Positions 1-8,927 of a DNA stretch of 64,000 nucleotides are shown here, piece after piece. Positions within the stretch are counted from its first letter, which is position 1; each line of letters opens with the position of its first letter. The DNA comes from an uncultured Hymenobacter sp. (GTDB taxonomy: Bacteria; Bacteroidota; Bacteroidia; Cytophagales; Hymenobacteraceae), in contig CALMOO010000657.1 in NCBI GenBank assembly GCA_937871705.1, forward strand, positions 2,278 to 66,277. Reading direction: 5' to 3'. The notes under the pieces were generated by a model. It was not told the origin of the DNA. It saw only the letters and a program-made list of their open reading frames with translations, and searched no databases. The position numbers were made by a program, and so were the translations under genes.

Positions 1-1
1 C

Positions 2-394
2 CTAGTTGCCAGCAATGTTTTTCCCGGCGTGTGGGCCGCGTTCTGGCCCCATGACTTTTATACCTTCTTCCCCCACTTCGGCCTGGGCCTGCGTTGGGTG
101 GCCACCGATGGCCCCTACAACGAACACCTTATCCGCGATGTAGGCGCGTTTTTTCTGAGCATGAGCGTGCTGCCGCTGCTGGCCCTGTTGCGGCCCCAAC
201 TCGTGGCCGTGCGCGCCGTACCATTTGGCCTGCTGCTGTTCAATGGCCTGCACCTGGTCTACCACGTGAGCCACCTACACATGGTGACGCCCGTAAACCG
301 TTACACCAGCATCAGCGCGCTCATCGGGAGCCTTGTGCTGACGCTTACGCTGTGGCTAGCTCCGGCTAATCCTACTATTCCGCGCCGCCAATAG
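2..394 (+). CDS. small integral membrane protein, hypothetical (5' end probably outside the window)
   Basis: The frame of ORF 29..394 is open back to base 2 (LVASNVFPGVWAAF...). It has several hydrophobic helices and a PYNEHLIRDVG motif. Confidence 0.6.
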   Translation, partial: LVASNVFPGVWAAFWPHDFYTFFPHFGLGLRWVATDGPYNEHLIRDVGAFFLSMSVLPLLALLRPQLVAVRAVPFGLLLFNGLHLVYHVSHLHMVTPVNRYTSISALIGSLVLTLTLWLAPANPTIPRRQ

Positions 395-475
395 CGAGCT
401 AATTGGCATAGAATGGGAGAGTACAGCGTTAAGCCCCTTACCAAATTCAAAAGCCATTTTTGGACCCAACTTTTA

Positions 476-640
476 ACCAAAGCTGATGTTGAGGAGCAGT
501 AGCAGGCAGCGCGCGGCCTGGGTTTGCACTTCCTGCTGCTTGCAGCGGCTGACGCCCTCGCTGCTAAACCACCGCTCGGCCCGCAGCGCGTGCAGTTCTT
601 TCTCCTGATTGAATTGGGTAACGATGCGTCGCTCAGGGCT
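476..640 (-). pseudogene. Tn3-family transposase C-terminal fragment
   Basis: Minus-strand translation RRIVTQFNQEKELHALRAERWFSSEGVSRCKQQEVQTQAARCLLLLLNI resembles the Tn3 TnpA block RRI..xLNKGE..hAL....fF...G.i......eQ...a..L.Lv.N. No start codon or rest of the gene is present. Confidence 0.55.
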
Positions 641-686
641 CAAACGCTTAGCGTTTAAATCCGCCCCGTTGGAAGAAGAACTCCTT

Positions 687-1265
687 ATGGCTACATGCCC
701 CTCTTTGCTGGACGCTTTCACCCCCTTCGGCCTGCTCTCTGCCGCTGCCCTGTGCAAATTGCTCGCCGCCTGGGAAGTACGCACAGTGGCGGAAGGCGAG
801 TCACTATCTGCGCCGGGTGCCGTCTGCCGGGAGGCATTTTTTATTCAGCAGGGAGTACTGCGCGTAGTCGCCCGGCTGCCGCGGGGCCGGGAAGTCACGC
901 ATTCCTTCCGGCGGGAAGGGCAGTTCTGCACGGTGCTCGCCAGCTTTGAGCAACTGGCGCCCACGCCGCTATACATCCAGGCTGCGTGCCCGGCGCGGGT
1001 GCTGGCCCTCGACAAGTCCCGCCTGGACGAGCTCGTGCAGCAAATACCCCCTTTACCGGGATTAGTGGCGCAACTCATCCAGCAGGAGCTGCTAGACAAG
1101 CTACACACGCAACGCGCGTATGCCGGGCTGGATGCGCAAGCTCGCTATCAGGTGCTGCTGCACCACCAGCCCGAGGTGGCTCAGCGGGTGCCGCAGCACA
1201 TGCTGGCCTCTTACCTGGGCATCACGCCCCAATCACTCAGCCGGCTACGCAAAGCCAACTGCTAG
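687..1265 (+). CDS. Crp/Fnr family transcriptional regulator
   Basis: cNMP-binding-like N-terminal half (FFIQQGVLRV) and the Bacteroidota C-terminal HTH signature VPQHMLASYLGITPQSLSRLR. ATG at 687 preferred over TTG at 609. Confidence 0.9.
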   Translation: MATCPSLLDAFTPFGLLSAAALCKLLAAWEVRTVAEGESLSAPGAVCREAFFIQQGVLRVVARLPRGREVTHSFRREGQFCTVLASFEQLAPTPLYIQAACPARVLALDKSRLDELVQQIPPLPGLVAQLIQQELLDKLHTQRAYAGLDAQARYQVLLHHQPEVAQRVPQHMLASYLGITPQSLSRLRKANC

Positions 1266-1273
1266 CACGTTTT

Positions 1274-1287
1274 TTACCATTTGGTAA
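1274..1287. promoter_or_regulatory. near-palindromic putative Crp/Fnr-family binding site
   Basis: TTACCATTTGGTAA lies 8 bp after the Crp/Fnr stop and upstream of the dehydrogenase ATG. Confidence 0.5.
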
Positions 1288-1331
1288 GTCTCCTGGCCCC
1301 GAATTTTGTGCCAAACCAAGTAACTGAAGGC

Positions 1332-2423
1332 ATGAAAGCAGCTATTTTAAAGGCATTTGGCTCGCCCCTCGTCGTAGAAACCCTGCCCGATCCACACCCC
1401 ACCGCGGGCGAGGTCGTCGTGGACATCGTGGCCGCGCCGGTGCTGGCCTACGCGGCCGAGGTGTTCAGCGGCGCCCGGCAATACCCACTCTTGCTGCCGC
1501 TGGCCGTGGGGACCGGCGCAGTGGGTCGGGTGCGGGCCGTGGGGCCCGACGCCACCCGGCTGGCTCCCGGCGACTGGGTACTCTGCGACCCCACCGTGCG
1601 CGCCCGCGATGAAGCGGTGGCCCCCGACATAATGCTACAGGGCTTGATTGCGCCCGGCCCCGGCGCGCAGCGCCTGCAAGCGCACTTCCGGCACGGCTCC
1701 TTCGCCGAGCAACAGCTGCTGCCGCTGGAAAATGCGTTTCGGCTGGGCCCTCTTGCCGCGGCGGACGCAGCGCGCTGGTGTGCCCTGGGTACGTACCTAG
1801 TGCCCTACGGGGGCCTGTTGGCGGCTGGCCTGCAAGCGGGAGAAACCGTGCTCATTAGCGGAGCCACTGGTCATTTTGGGAGTGCGGGCGTTGCCGTGGC
1901 CCTGGCGATGGGCGCGGGCTGCGTAGTCGCAACAGGCCGTAGCGAAGCCGTGCTGGCCGACCTGGTGCGCCGCTTCGGTTCCCGCGTGGTGCCTATCGCG
2001 CTGACCGGTGATGAATCAACCGACCAGAACCGGTTGCGTGAGGCCGCACCAGGCCCCATTGATAAGGTGCTCGACATCCTGCCCCCCTTGCCGGATGCCA
2101 CTTTGGTGCGGACCGCCGCGCTGACGGTGCGCCCTCACGGCACCGTGGTGCTGATGGGTGGCCAGCGCGGTGAACTCGCGTTGAATTACGCGCACCTGAT
2201 GCGCAACGGCATTACCGTGCGCGGCCAATACATGTACCCCCGCGAGGCTGCGGGCCGCCTAGTAGCCCTCATCCGCGCCGGCTTGTTGTCGCTGGACGAG
2301 TTCGCCGTGACTAGCTTCTCGTTGAACCAGGCAAATGAGGCCGTGGCCCATGCTGCCCGGTCGGGTGGCCCCTTTCGTTACACGGTCATCCAGCCGCTAA
2401 CCGCGCAGGATACGGATAAATAA
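1332..2423 (+). CDS. zinc-binding alcohol dehydrogenase family (MDR) oxidoreductase
   Basis: MKAAILKAFGSPLVVE start, GxVxAVGxxxTRLAPGDWV GroES-like motif, and VLISGATGHFGSAG Rossmann motif. Confidence 0.88.
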   Translation: MKAAILKAFGSPLVVETLPDPHPTAGEVVVDIVAAPVLAYAAEVFSGARQYPLLLPLAVGTGAVGRVRAVGPDATRLAPGDWVLCDPTVRARDEAVAPDIMLQGLIAPGPGAQRLQAHFRHGSFAEQQLLPLENAFRLGPLAAADAARWCALGTYLVPYGGLLAAGLQAGETVLISGATGHFGSAGVAVALAMGAGCVVATGRSEAVLADLVRRFGSRVVPIALTGDESTDQNRLREAAPGPIDKVLDILPPLPDATLVRTAALTVRPHGTVVLMGGQRGELALNYAHLMRNGITVRGQYMYPREAAGRLVALIRAGLLSLDEFAVTSFSLNQANEAVAHAARSGGPFRYTVIQPLTAQDTDK

Positions 2424-2629
2424 CGACTTGCTAGCCACAATTTCTTAGCTCAACGAATAGGCCAGCTGGTTATAACCTCGGACAGCTTACAAATTCAGGG
2501 CTGTTATTACACTTTGGCTAGCCTTTCTTAATGTGCTATTATCTCCGTTGCCGACCTGACCACAAATAGCATAGGAATCTTGATTTTACATCGGAAGTCC
2601 GTCCGACGATAGAATGCGCTGACGGCAAA

Positions 2630-2692
2630 TGACCAACAGTCCGAAAAAGGATTTATATTTTGGACTGCTGGTCATTTTTAGACTAATGGTAA
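2630..2692. promoter_or_regulatory. operator-like boxes (GACTnnYGGTCA), inverted plus tandem
   Basis: TGACCAACAGTCC (2630-2642), GGACTGCTGGTCA (2662-2674) and GACTAATGGTAA (2681-2692). The same motif recurs at 7.0, 7.7, 7.8 and 15.9 kb. Confidence 0.6.
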
Positions 2693-2763
2693 ACTTTTTT
2701 ATCACGTTCGCGTTTATACCCGCATACAGTCACATTCTCAACCCCATTTCACCCCCTCACATC

Positions 2764-3102
2764 ATGTCTGATACCGCCAACACCACGCACCTGAATTCGA
2801 CCATTGAGTCGTTAGGCAAAGGACTGAGCCACGCCAAAGCCGGCGCCACCCGCAGCATTCACAGCTGGGTGGAAACGCTCAATGCCAGCAAAGCCCCTGC
2901 TCTGCACGCCTTGGCCAAGGAGTTGCAGCAACTCGACAAGCTGCTGAGCGGCGACAAAGCTTCCGGCCCGGAAATCCAAAAAGCGCTGGCATCCATCGGC
3001 CAGCACACGACCGCTTCCGCCGCTAGTGCCGAAGGGGCCACGGCCGATAAAATCAAGCAGCTCGGCAAAGCCCTGACCGACGCCGCTGCGAGCTTGAAAT
3101 AA
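2764..3102 (+). CDS. small alanine/lysine-rich helical hypothetical protein
   Basis: GC3-biased codons from ATG 2764, followed by an intrinsic terminator. The upstream extension to 2629 overlaps AT-rich regulatory DNA. Confidence 0.75.
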   Translation: MSDTANTTHLNSTIESLGKGLSHAKAGATRSIHSWVETLNASKAPALHALAKELQQLDKLLSGDKASGPEIQKALASIGQHTTASAASAEGATADKIKQLGKALTDAAASLK

Positions 3103-3117
3103 GCATCCGCCGCATCT

Positions 3118-3156
3118 AAAAAGGCCGCCCCTCTAAGCTGAGCGGCGGCCTTTTTT
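3118..3156 (+). terminator. rho-independent terminator (possibly bidirectional)
   Basis: AAAAGGCCGCCCCTC-TAAGCT-GAGCGGCGGCC-TTTTTT. Confidence 0.8.
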
Positions 3157-3212
3157 AAGGCAGGGCTGCTGGCAAGACAACCTAAAAAGTCAACCTTAAC
3201 CGAGCACATTCC

Positions 3213-3803
3213 ATGAACACGCTCTTAACAAAAGGCACGGTGATGCCACCAGTCCAATTTTACCCCGACTTTTTAAGCCTGGCCGATAACCTGGCGTGGT
3301 TCGAGCAGTCCAAGGCTCTCAACTGGAAGCGGGGGGAAATGACGATGTACGGTAAGAAAATTCCTGTGCCGCGCGAGGAAACCTTGTTTGGCGACGACTT
3401 CCGCTACGAGTACCGGGGCACCCTGCTGAAGGCGGACCCTTGGCCCGACTTTCTGCTCGAGGCCCGCGACCGTATTCAGATGGTCTGCGGGCTGACCTTC
3501 AATTTCGCGGTGGGCAACCGCTATGTGACCGGGAAAGACTCCATTGGCTGGCACTCGGACAGCTTCCCGCAAATTGGGCCACGGCCGGCCGTGGCCTCGC
3601 TGAGTCTGGGGAGCACCCGGCGCTTCAAGCTGCGCCACAAGGCTACGGAGGAAGTTGTGGACTACGACTTGGCAAGCGGCTCCTTGCTGATTATGCTCCC
3701 TGGCTGTCAGGAAGACTGGGAACACGCGGTGCTGAAAACCGCCCGCCCGGTGGGCGAGCGCATCAACTGGACGTTCCGGCCCCACCGGGACGCACAGGTA
3801 TAG
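3213..3803 (+). CDS. alkB: AlkB-family 2OG-Fe(II) dioxygenase (ALKBH2/3-like)
   Basis: NRYVTGKDSIGWHSD (HxD), ASLSLGSTRRF, HAVLK (distal His) and RINWTFR (2OG-binding Arg pair). Confidence 0.9.
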   Translation: MNTLLTKGTVMPPVQFYPDFLSLADNLAWFEQSKALNWKRGEMTMYGKKIPVPREETLFGDDFRYEYRGTLLKADPWPDFLLEARDRIQMVCGLTFNFAVGNRYVTGKDSIGWHSDSFPQIGPRPAVASLSLGSTRRFKLRHKATEEVVDYDLASGSLLIMLPGCQEDWEHAVLKTARPVGERINWTFRPHRDAQV

Positions 3804-3819
3804 TCTTATCCCATCCGCT

Positions 3820-4725
3820 ATGATCATTCCCCAACCCATCAACCTGCGGTTTACCAGCGATTACTCGCTGGCCGCCAGCGTTGCCTTGGCCGCCAGCGCT
3901 GCGTTCGTCGATAAGCTCTACGGCGGACCGAACGGCGAGGTGCTCGACCTAGCAATCTTACTGGAAGACTCCTGGCAGACGGTCGGGGTGCGTCTGGACC
4001 AGCTCGAGGGACGGGTGCGCGCCCGGGTGCTAGACAACCCCGGCCAGGCGATGACCACTGACGTATGCGCCCAACTGGAGCGCCTGCTGTCACTTGACAC
4101 CGACGGGGCCGATTTTGCCGCCATTATTGCCCGCGACCCGGTAGTGGCCGCGCTCCGGGAGCAGCATTGCGGCATCCGGCCCGTGCTGTTGCCGAGTCCT
4201 TACGAGGCGGCGGCGCGCGCCATTATCGGCCACCAATTGCCCGCGCGGCAGGCGGCGGCCATCACCGCTCGCATTGCCGGGGCCCACGGGGTGCGCGTGG
4301 ACTTGGCTGGCCACATGCTGCACGGCTTTCCGGCTCCCAGCCAACTGGCCGACCTGCCTACTATCCAGGGACTGGCCGGGCGCAAAGTTGCTCAGTTGCG
4401 CGTGCTCGGCAGTGCCGCGGCCGATGGCTGGCTCAGCAGCGCCCGCCTCCGTACCCTGCCCCGCGACGAAGCCCTGGCTGAATTGCAGCAATTGCCCGGT
4501 ATCGGCCCGTTCTCGGCCGAACTGGTGATGATGCGGGGGGTAGGCGAGCCCGACGCCTTCCCGCTCACCGAAAAGCGCCTGCACCGGGCCATGGCCGCCG
4601 CCTATCAGCTCGGCGCGGCACCGAGTCTTGCCAAGCTCGAACAAGTAGCCGAGCGCTGGCGGCCTTACCGCAACTGGGCAGGCCTGCTGCTCCGCAACTT
4701 TCAACCAATCCCCCAATTTGCCTGA
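3820..4725 (+). CDS. alkA: DNA-3-methyladenine glycosylase 2 family (AlkA-like, HhH-GPD)
   Basis: SPYEAAARAIIGHQ, FPAP, HhH motif LQQLPGIGPFSAE, and AERWRPYRNWA. Confidence 0.88.
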   Translation: MIIPQPINLRFTSDYSLAASVALAASAAFVDKLYGGPNGEVLDLAILLEDSWQTVGVRLDQLEGRVRARVLDNPGQAMTTDVCAQLERLLSLDTDGADFAAIIARDPVVAALREQHCGIRPVLLPSPYEAAARAIIGHQLPARQAAAITARIAGAHGVRVDLAGHMLHGFPAPSQLADLPTIQGLAGRKVAQLRVLGSAAADGWLSSARLRTLPRDEALAELQQLPGIGPFSAELVMMRGVGEPDAFPLTEKRLHRAMAAAYQLGAAPSLAKLEQVAERWRPYRNWAGLLLRNFQPIPQFA

Positions 4726-4727
4726 CC

Positions 4728-5729
4728 ATGAAGCCATTTAAAATCATTGGCCTGGAAGAGCATTTCGTGACGGCCGCTGCCCTCACGGCGTGGAACAAGC
4801 TCGACCCGCAGTGGCAGGACGCTGCTAAAGGAGCCACGGAAGAAGGAGAAATAAAGCGCCTGCTCACCGACTTAGGGAAGGAACGCCTCGCGGCAATGGA
4901 CAAAGTCGGCCTCGACGTGCAGGTCCTTTCCCTTACCGCACCCGGCCTCCACAGCCTGGCCTCCGCCGAGGCCGTGGCGTTGCAAAAGGATACCAACGAC
5001 TTGCTGGCGGACACGGTGCGGGCCCACCCCGACCGCCTGCAGGGCTTCGCCACGCTGGCCACACCCGCCCCGGCGGCGGCGGCACGCGAGCTGGAACGGG
5101 CCGTGGCCCTGGGGCTAAATGGCGGCATGGTATTCGGGCGGGTACGCGAGCGTAACCTGGACCACCTCGATTTCTGGCCCCTTTTTGAGGCCGCTGCCGC
5201 CCTAAGAGCTCCCCTTTACCTGCACCCGCAGTCGCCGCTGCCGGCCGTGCGGGCCGCTTACTACAATGGCTTGGGCGATGCGGTGGACAGCGTGTTTGCC
5301 ACCTTCGGCATTGGCTGGTACTATGAAACCGGGGTGCAGCTGCTACGCCTCATCCTGAGCGGCGTGTTCGACCGGTTTCCCGACTTGCAGGTAATTGCCG
5401 GCCACTGGGGCGAAGTAGTGCTGTTCTATCTGGAAGAAGCCGAGCACCTGGGGCAGGCCGCCAAGCTGAAGCGGCCGTTAATCGACTACGTGCGTCGCAA
5501 CGTGTTCATCACGCCCAGTGGCTCATTCAACCAGCGCTACCTGCGCTGGGCCATCGAACTAGTGGGCGTGGAGCGCCTCCTGTTCGCCACCGACTACCCG
5601 TTCCTGGTGGCCGAGCAAGCTTCGGGCAGCGCCCGCCGCTTTCTGCTCGATGCTGACCTGACCGACACCGAACGCGAGAAAATTGCCTCTGGTAACTGGG
5701 AGCAGCTTTGCGCCGCCATACGCCGCTGA
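4728..5729 (+). CDS. amidohydrolase_2 family protein (ACMSD / non-oxidative aromatic-acid decarboxylase-like)
   Basis: IIGLEEHF, LYLHP, GVFDRFPDLQVIAGHWGE and LLFATDYPF motifs. Starts 2 bp after the alkA stop. Confidence 0.88.
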   Translation: MKPFKIIGLEEHFVTAAALTAWNKLDPQWQDAAKGATEEGEIKRLLTDLGKERLAAMDKVGLDVQVLSLTAPGLHSLASAEAVALQKDTNDLLADTVRAHPDRLQGFATLATPAPAAAARELERAVALGLNGGMVFGRVRERNLDHLDFWPLFEAAAALRAPLYLHPQSPLPAVRAAYYNGLGDAVDSVFATFGIGWYYETGVQLLRLILSGVFDRFPDLQVIAGHWGEVVLFYLEEAEHLGQAAKLKRPLIDYVRRNVFITPSGSFNQRYLRWAIELVGVERLLFATDYPFLVAEQASGSARRFLLDADLTDTEREKIASGNWEQLCAAIRR

Positions 5730-5799
5730 GAGGCACGGCGCTTAAAGAAGCATAAAATCTAGCTACAACCACCGCTCACCTTCCCTCACCCCTTGTTTT

Positions 5800-6801
5800 A
5801 TGAGTACGCTTAAACTTAAAATTGCCTGCTCGCGCTACGACCACGTGCGGGCACTCTTCGATGGCACCGTCCCAATTGAGGGAGTTGATGCTAGTTTCGA
5901 GAGTGCCGATAACGTGGCGGAACTCTTCGAGAAAATGTTGCGCGAACAGGCCTTCGACGTCTCGGAGCTGGGGCTGACATTCTACCTGCGCACGCTCGAA
6001 CTCGACAATCCGCCGTTCATCGCGATTCCGGTGTTCCCGGCGCGCATTTTCCGGCATTCGGCTATTTTCATCAACAAGGCGAGCGGCATCACGAAGCCGC
6101 AGGATCTGGTGGGCAAAACCATCGGCGAATTTGGTACCTACGGCCACGACGCGGGCGTGTGGCCCAAGGGCATTCTCTCAGACAACTTCGGCGTGACCCC
6201 GGACCAGTGCCGCTGGGTCATCGGAGGGGCCGACGAGCCCATGCCGCCCTATGACTTCGTGCTGCCCCGGCAGCCGGCCGGCGTTGATATCACCCCTGCC
6301 CCCACGGGCAAAGCGCTGGGCCCTATGCTCGAAGCGGGTGAAATTGATGCCTTTATTTCGGCTCTCGTGCCGCAATGCGTGCTGGACAACTCTCCCCACG
6401 TCGGGCGCCTGTTTCTCGACTACGAGCTAGTCGAGCGCGACTACTACCAGCGTACCGGTGTCTTTCCGATGATGCACACGGTCGTGGTTCGCCGGGAACT
6501 GCTCGTTCAGCATCCGGGCCTTGCGCGGGCCATCTACCAGGGCTTTTGCGATTCGAAAAACGTGATGATGGAGCAGTACCGCAAAGGCCGGGTGCAACAG
6601 CACGCCGACCTGATGATACCGTGGTTTAACTCCCTGTTCGATAAAAACAGGGAATTGTTCCCAGCAGACTGGTGGCCCTATGGAGTTGAAGCAAACCGCA
6701 AAACGCTTGACACGTATCTGCGTTATTTCTTCGAGCAGGGCCTTTCCAAACGCCAGTTTACCTGTGAGGACATCGTCGTGCCGGAGTTGCTAGGCACCTA
6801 G
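5800..6801 (+). CDS. 4,5-dihydroxyphthalate decarboxylase-like protein (periplasmic-binding-protein type 2 fold)
   Basis: YDHVRALFDGTVPIEG, FDVSELGL, IPVFPARIFRHS, TGVFPMMHTVV and WPYGVEANR motifs typical of this family. Confidence 0.8.
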   Translation: MSTLKLKIACSRYDHVRALFDGTVPIEGVDASFESADNVAELFEKMLREQAFDVSELGLTFYLRTLELDNPPFIAIPVFPARIFRHSAIFINKASGITKPQDLVGKTIGEFGTYGHDAGVWPKGILSDNFGVTPDQCRWVIGGADEPMPPYDFVLPRQPAGVDITPAPTGKALGPMLEAGEIDAFISALVPQCVLDNSPHVGRLFLDYELVERDYYQRTGVFPMMHTVVVRRELLVQHPGLARAIYQGFCDSKNVMMEQYRKGRVQQHADLMIPWFNSLFDKNRELFPADWWPYGVEANRKTLDTYLRYFFEQGLSKRQFTCEDIVVPELLGT

Positions 6802-7001
6802 TCTTTGTTACCAATGCGCGCCGCGACCCTGAGATTTGGCCCACCATCGTACCGCGTATACTAGCGATTGGTAGTTAACTAGATGGGTTACTATGATTGC
6901 TGCCAAGAAAGCGAGTGACTAAGAGGGTAAGTGATTACAAAGGGAAAGCCAGATTTGCCACACTGATACCTGAAAAAATTCATGACTTAACAAAAAGGTC
7001 G

Positions 7002-7040
7002 TATCTTTGGACCAATAGTCAGAAAATGACAACTTAGTCA
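7002..7040 (+). promoter_or_regulatory. Bacteroidota -7 promoter box with overlapping tandem operator (tetR autoregulation)
   Basis: TATCTTTG (7002-7009, matches TAnnTTTG) is directly followed by GGACCAATAGTCA-GAAAAT-GACAACTTAGTCA, which abuts the tetR ATG. Confidence 0.7.
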
Positions 7041-7676
7041 ATGGGAGTTGCAGAGCGTAAGCAGCGGGAAAAAGCACACCGTGAAACGTCTATCTTAGAA
7101 GCAGCCAAGAAAGTGTTCTTGGCGAAAGGGCTGATAGCGGCCACTATAGATGACATTGCTGCCGAGGCTGAACTAGGCAAAGGCACGCTCTACCGGCACT
7201 ATCGCAGTAAGGAAGACATCATGCTGGCCATCAGCGAGCAGGCCGTGCGGGAGTTGCACGCGCTTTATGCCAAAGAAGCCGCCGATAAGGGCACTAGCCT
7301 GGAAAAAGTGTTGCGCATGATGCGCATGTACTATGCATTTGTGATAGAGAATCCAGCGTATTTCGGCTTCATTGCCTTCTTTGAATCACCGCTGCCCACC
7401 ACCAACGCCGGGGTAGTTTACGAAACCACGACGGCGACCTATGACCTGTTCAAAGCCGTATTTCAGCAAGGCATCGCTGATGGTTCAATGCGCTCCGACC
7501 TGAAGCCGGAACTGATGGCCAGCTCGCTGTGGGCATCCTCTTACGGCATGATGCAGTTCATCGTGAGCAAGGGGGCTCACCTGGCTGAACAGCGGCAAAT
7601 CAACTTGAATGAGCTCTTCGAGACCTTCTTGTCTTCGCTGAAAAGTGGCTTGTGCAAGGCTGGGGAGACTTGTTAG
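7041..7676 (+). CDS. TetR/AcrR family transcriptional regulator
   Basis: ILEAAKKVFLAKG..ATIDDIAAEAELGKGTLYRHYRSKEDI HTH. Confidence 0.95.
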   Translation: MGVAERKQREKAHRETSILEAAKKVFLAKGLIAATIDDIAAEAELGKGTLYRHYRSKEDIMLAISEQAVRELHALYAKEAADKGTSLEKVLRMMRMYYAFVIENPAYFGFIAFFESPLPTTNAGVVYETTTATYDLFKAVFQQGIADGSMRSDLKPELMASSLWASSYGMMQFIVSKGAHLAEQRQINLNELFETFLSSLKSGLCKAGETC

Positions 7677-7704
7677 GCGTGACAAACTTTCATTTAAACA
7701 TTTC

Positions 7705-7832
7705 GGACTATTGGTCAGTTTGTGAACAATAGGAACGTTATATGACGTGCGTTGCTGGCTCTAGCTTCTGATTCGTCGGAAGCTGTTTTTTTGACCTTAC
7801 TAGACTAACGGTCATTTTGTGAATACTTGAAC
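7705..7832 (+). promoter_or_regulatory. two operator-like boxes upstream of the RND operon
   Basis: GGACTATTGGTCA-GTTTGTGAA (7705) and AGACTAACGGTCA-TTTTGTGAA (7802). Confidence 0.7.
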
Positions 7833-7850
7833 CTTTTACTTATTTGCTTC

Positions 7851-8912
7851 ATGCAGTACTTTCCTGCCTGCTACCGGCTCCCGTTAGCTTTACTGCCTCT
7901 TGTGGTAGCCTGTTCCAAACCTACCGACGAAAAGGCAGCCGGTCCACCGGCCGGGCCCGCGCCGGTGGCCGTGCAGGTGCAAGCTGTAGGCACCTCAGCC
8001 AGCACACCAACCCAGACCTACAGCGGCACCATTGAGGCCGAAAACACTGCCAGCTTGGCTTTTAACATAGCCGGCTCGGTGCGCCGGGTGCTGGTACGGG
8101 AAGGTGACCAGGTGCGCCAGGGCCAGCTGCTGGCCGAACTGAACCCGGAGGAATACGCCGGCGTGCTGGCCGGGGCTGATGCGTCCTTGCTGGAGGCCCG
8201 CGACCAAGTCCGGCGCTCGCAGCAACTGTTCAAATCGGAGAGCCTGACGGAGCGAGAGCTGGTGCAGGCCACTGCCGGCCTGCAGCGGGCCGAAGCCAAT
8301 TCCCGCGTGGCGCGCAAGCACGTCACCGATACCTATTTGCGGGCGCCGTTCGCGGGCTTCATCGCGGCAAAAATGGTGGAGCCTGGCGTGTCGGCCCTTC
8401 CCGGCGCGCCAGCCTTCACCTTAATTAAAACCGCGCAGGTGTTTGCGCGAGCAGTGGTGCCGGAAGCGGAGATTGGCCGCATGCGTCGGGGTACCACGGT
8501 GCAGGTGCAGGTCCCGGCCCTGAACCGCGAGGTTACTGGCACGGTGCAAGTCATCAACCCGGTGGCCGACCCCACTTCGCGCAGCTTCTACCTGAAGGTC
8601 CTGCTGCCCAACCCCGGCCTGCACCTGCTGCCAGGTATGCTGGCCAGCTTGCGTATCCCGCTGCCGGCCGGGCAAAAAGCCGCCCCAACTGTTGCTGTGG
8701 CGCCGCAACTGGTGGTACAGGAAGCCGATGGCGCCAGCGTGGTGTACGTAGCCGACGCCGCCCGCAAAACCGCTCAGCGCCGCCGGGTGGTGCTCGGCCC
8801 GGTGCAGGGCAACCAAGTGGTAGTAAGCCAGGGCCTGGCCGCCAACGACCAGGTCATAGTGGCCGGGCAGCAGCGCCTGCACGACGGGCAAGCTATTCGC
8901 ATCCTTCAATAA
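7851..8912 (+). CDS. RND efflux periplasmic adaptor (membrane fusion lipoprotein)
   Basis: Lipobox LVVAC, lipoyl halves (GSVRRVLVREGDQVRQGQLLAEL; LRAPFAG) and C-terminal GLAANDQVIVAGQQRL. Confidence 0.93.
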   Translation: MQYFPACYRLPLALLPLVVACSKPTDEKAAGPPAGPAPVAVQVQAVGTSASTPTQTYSGTIEAENTASLAFNIAGSVRRVLVREGDQVRQGQLLAELNPEEYAGVLAGADASLLEARDQVRRSQQLFKSESLTERELVQATAGLQRAEANSRVARKHVTDTYLRAPFAGFIAAKMVEPGVSALPGAPAFTLIKTAQVFARAVVPEAEIGRMRRGTTVQVQVPALNREVTGTVQVINPVADPTSRSFYLKVLLPNPGLHLLPGMLASLRIPLPAGQKAAPTVAVAPQLVVQEADGASVVYVADAARKTAQRRRVVLGPVQGNQVVVSQGLAANDQVIVAGQQRLHDGQAIRILQ

Positions 8913-8927
8913 CCAGCCACTCTCCTC

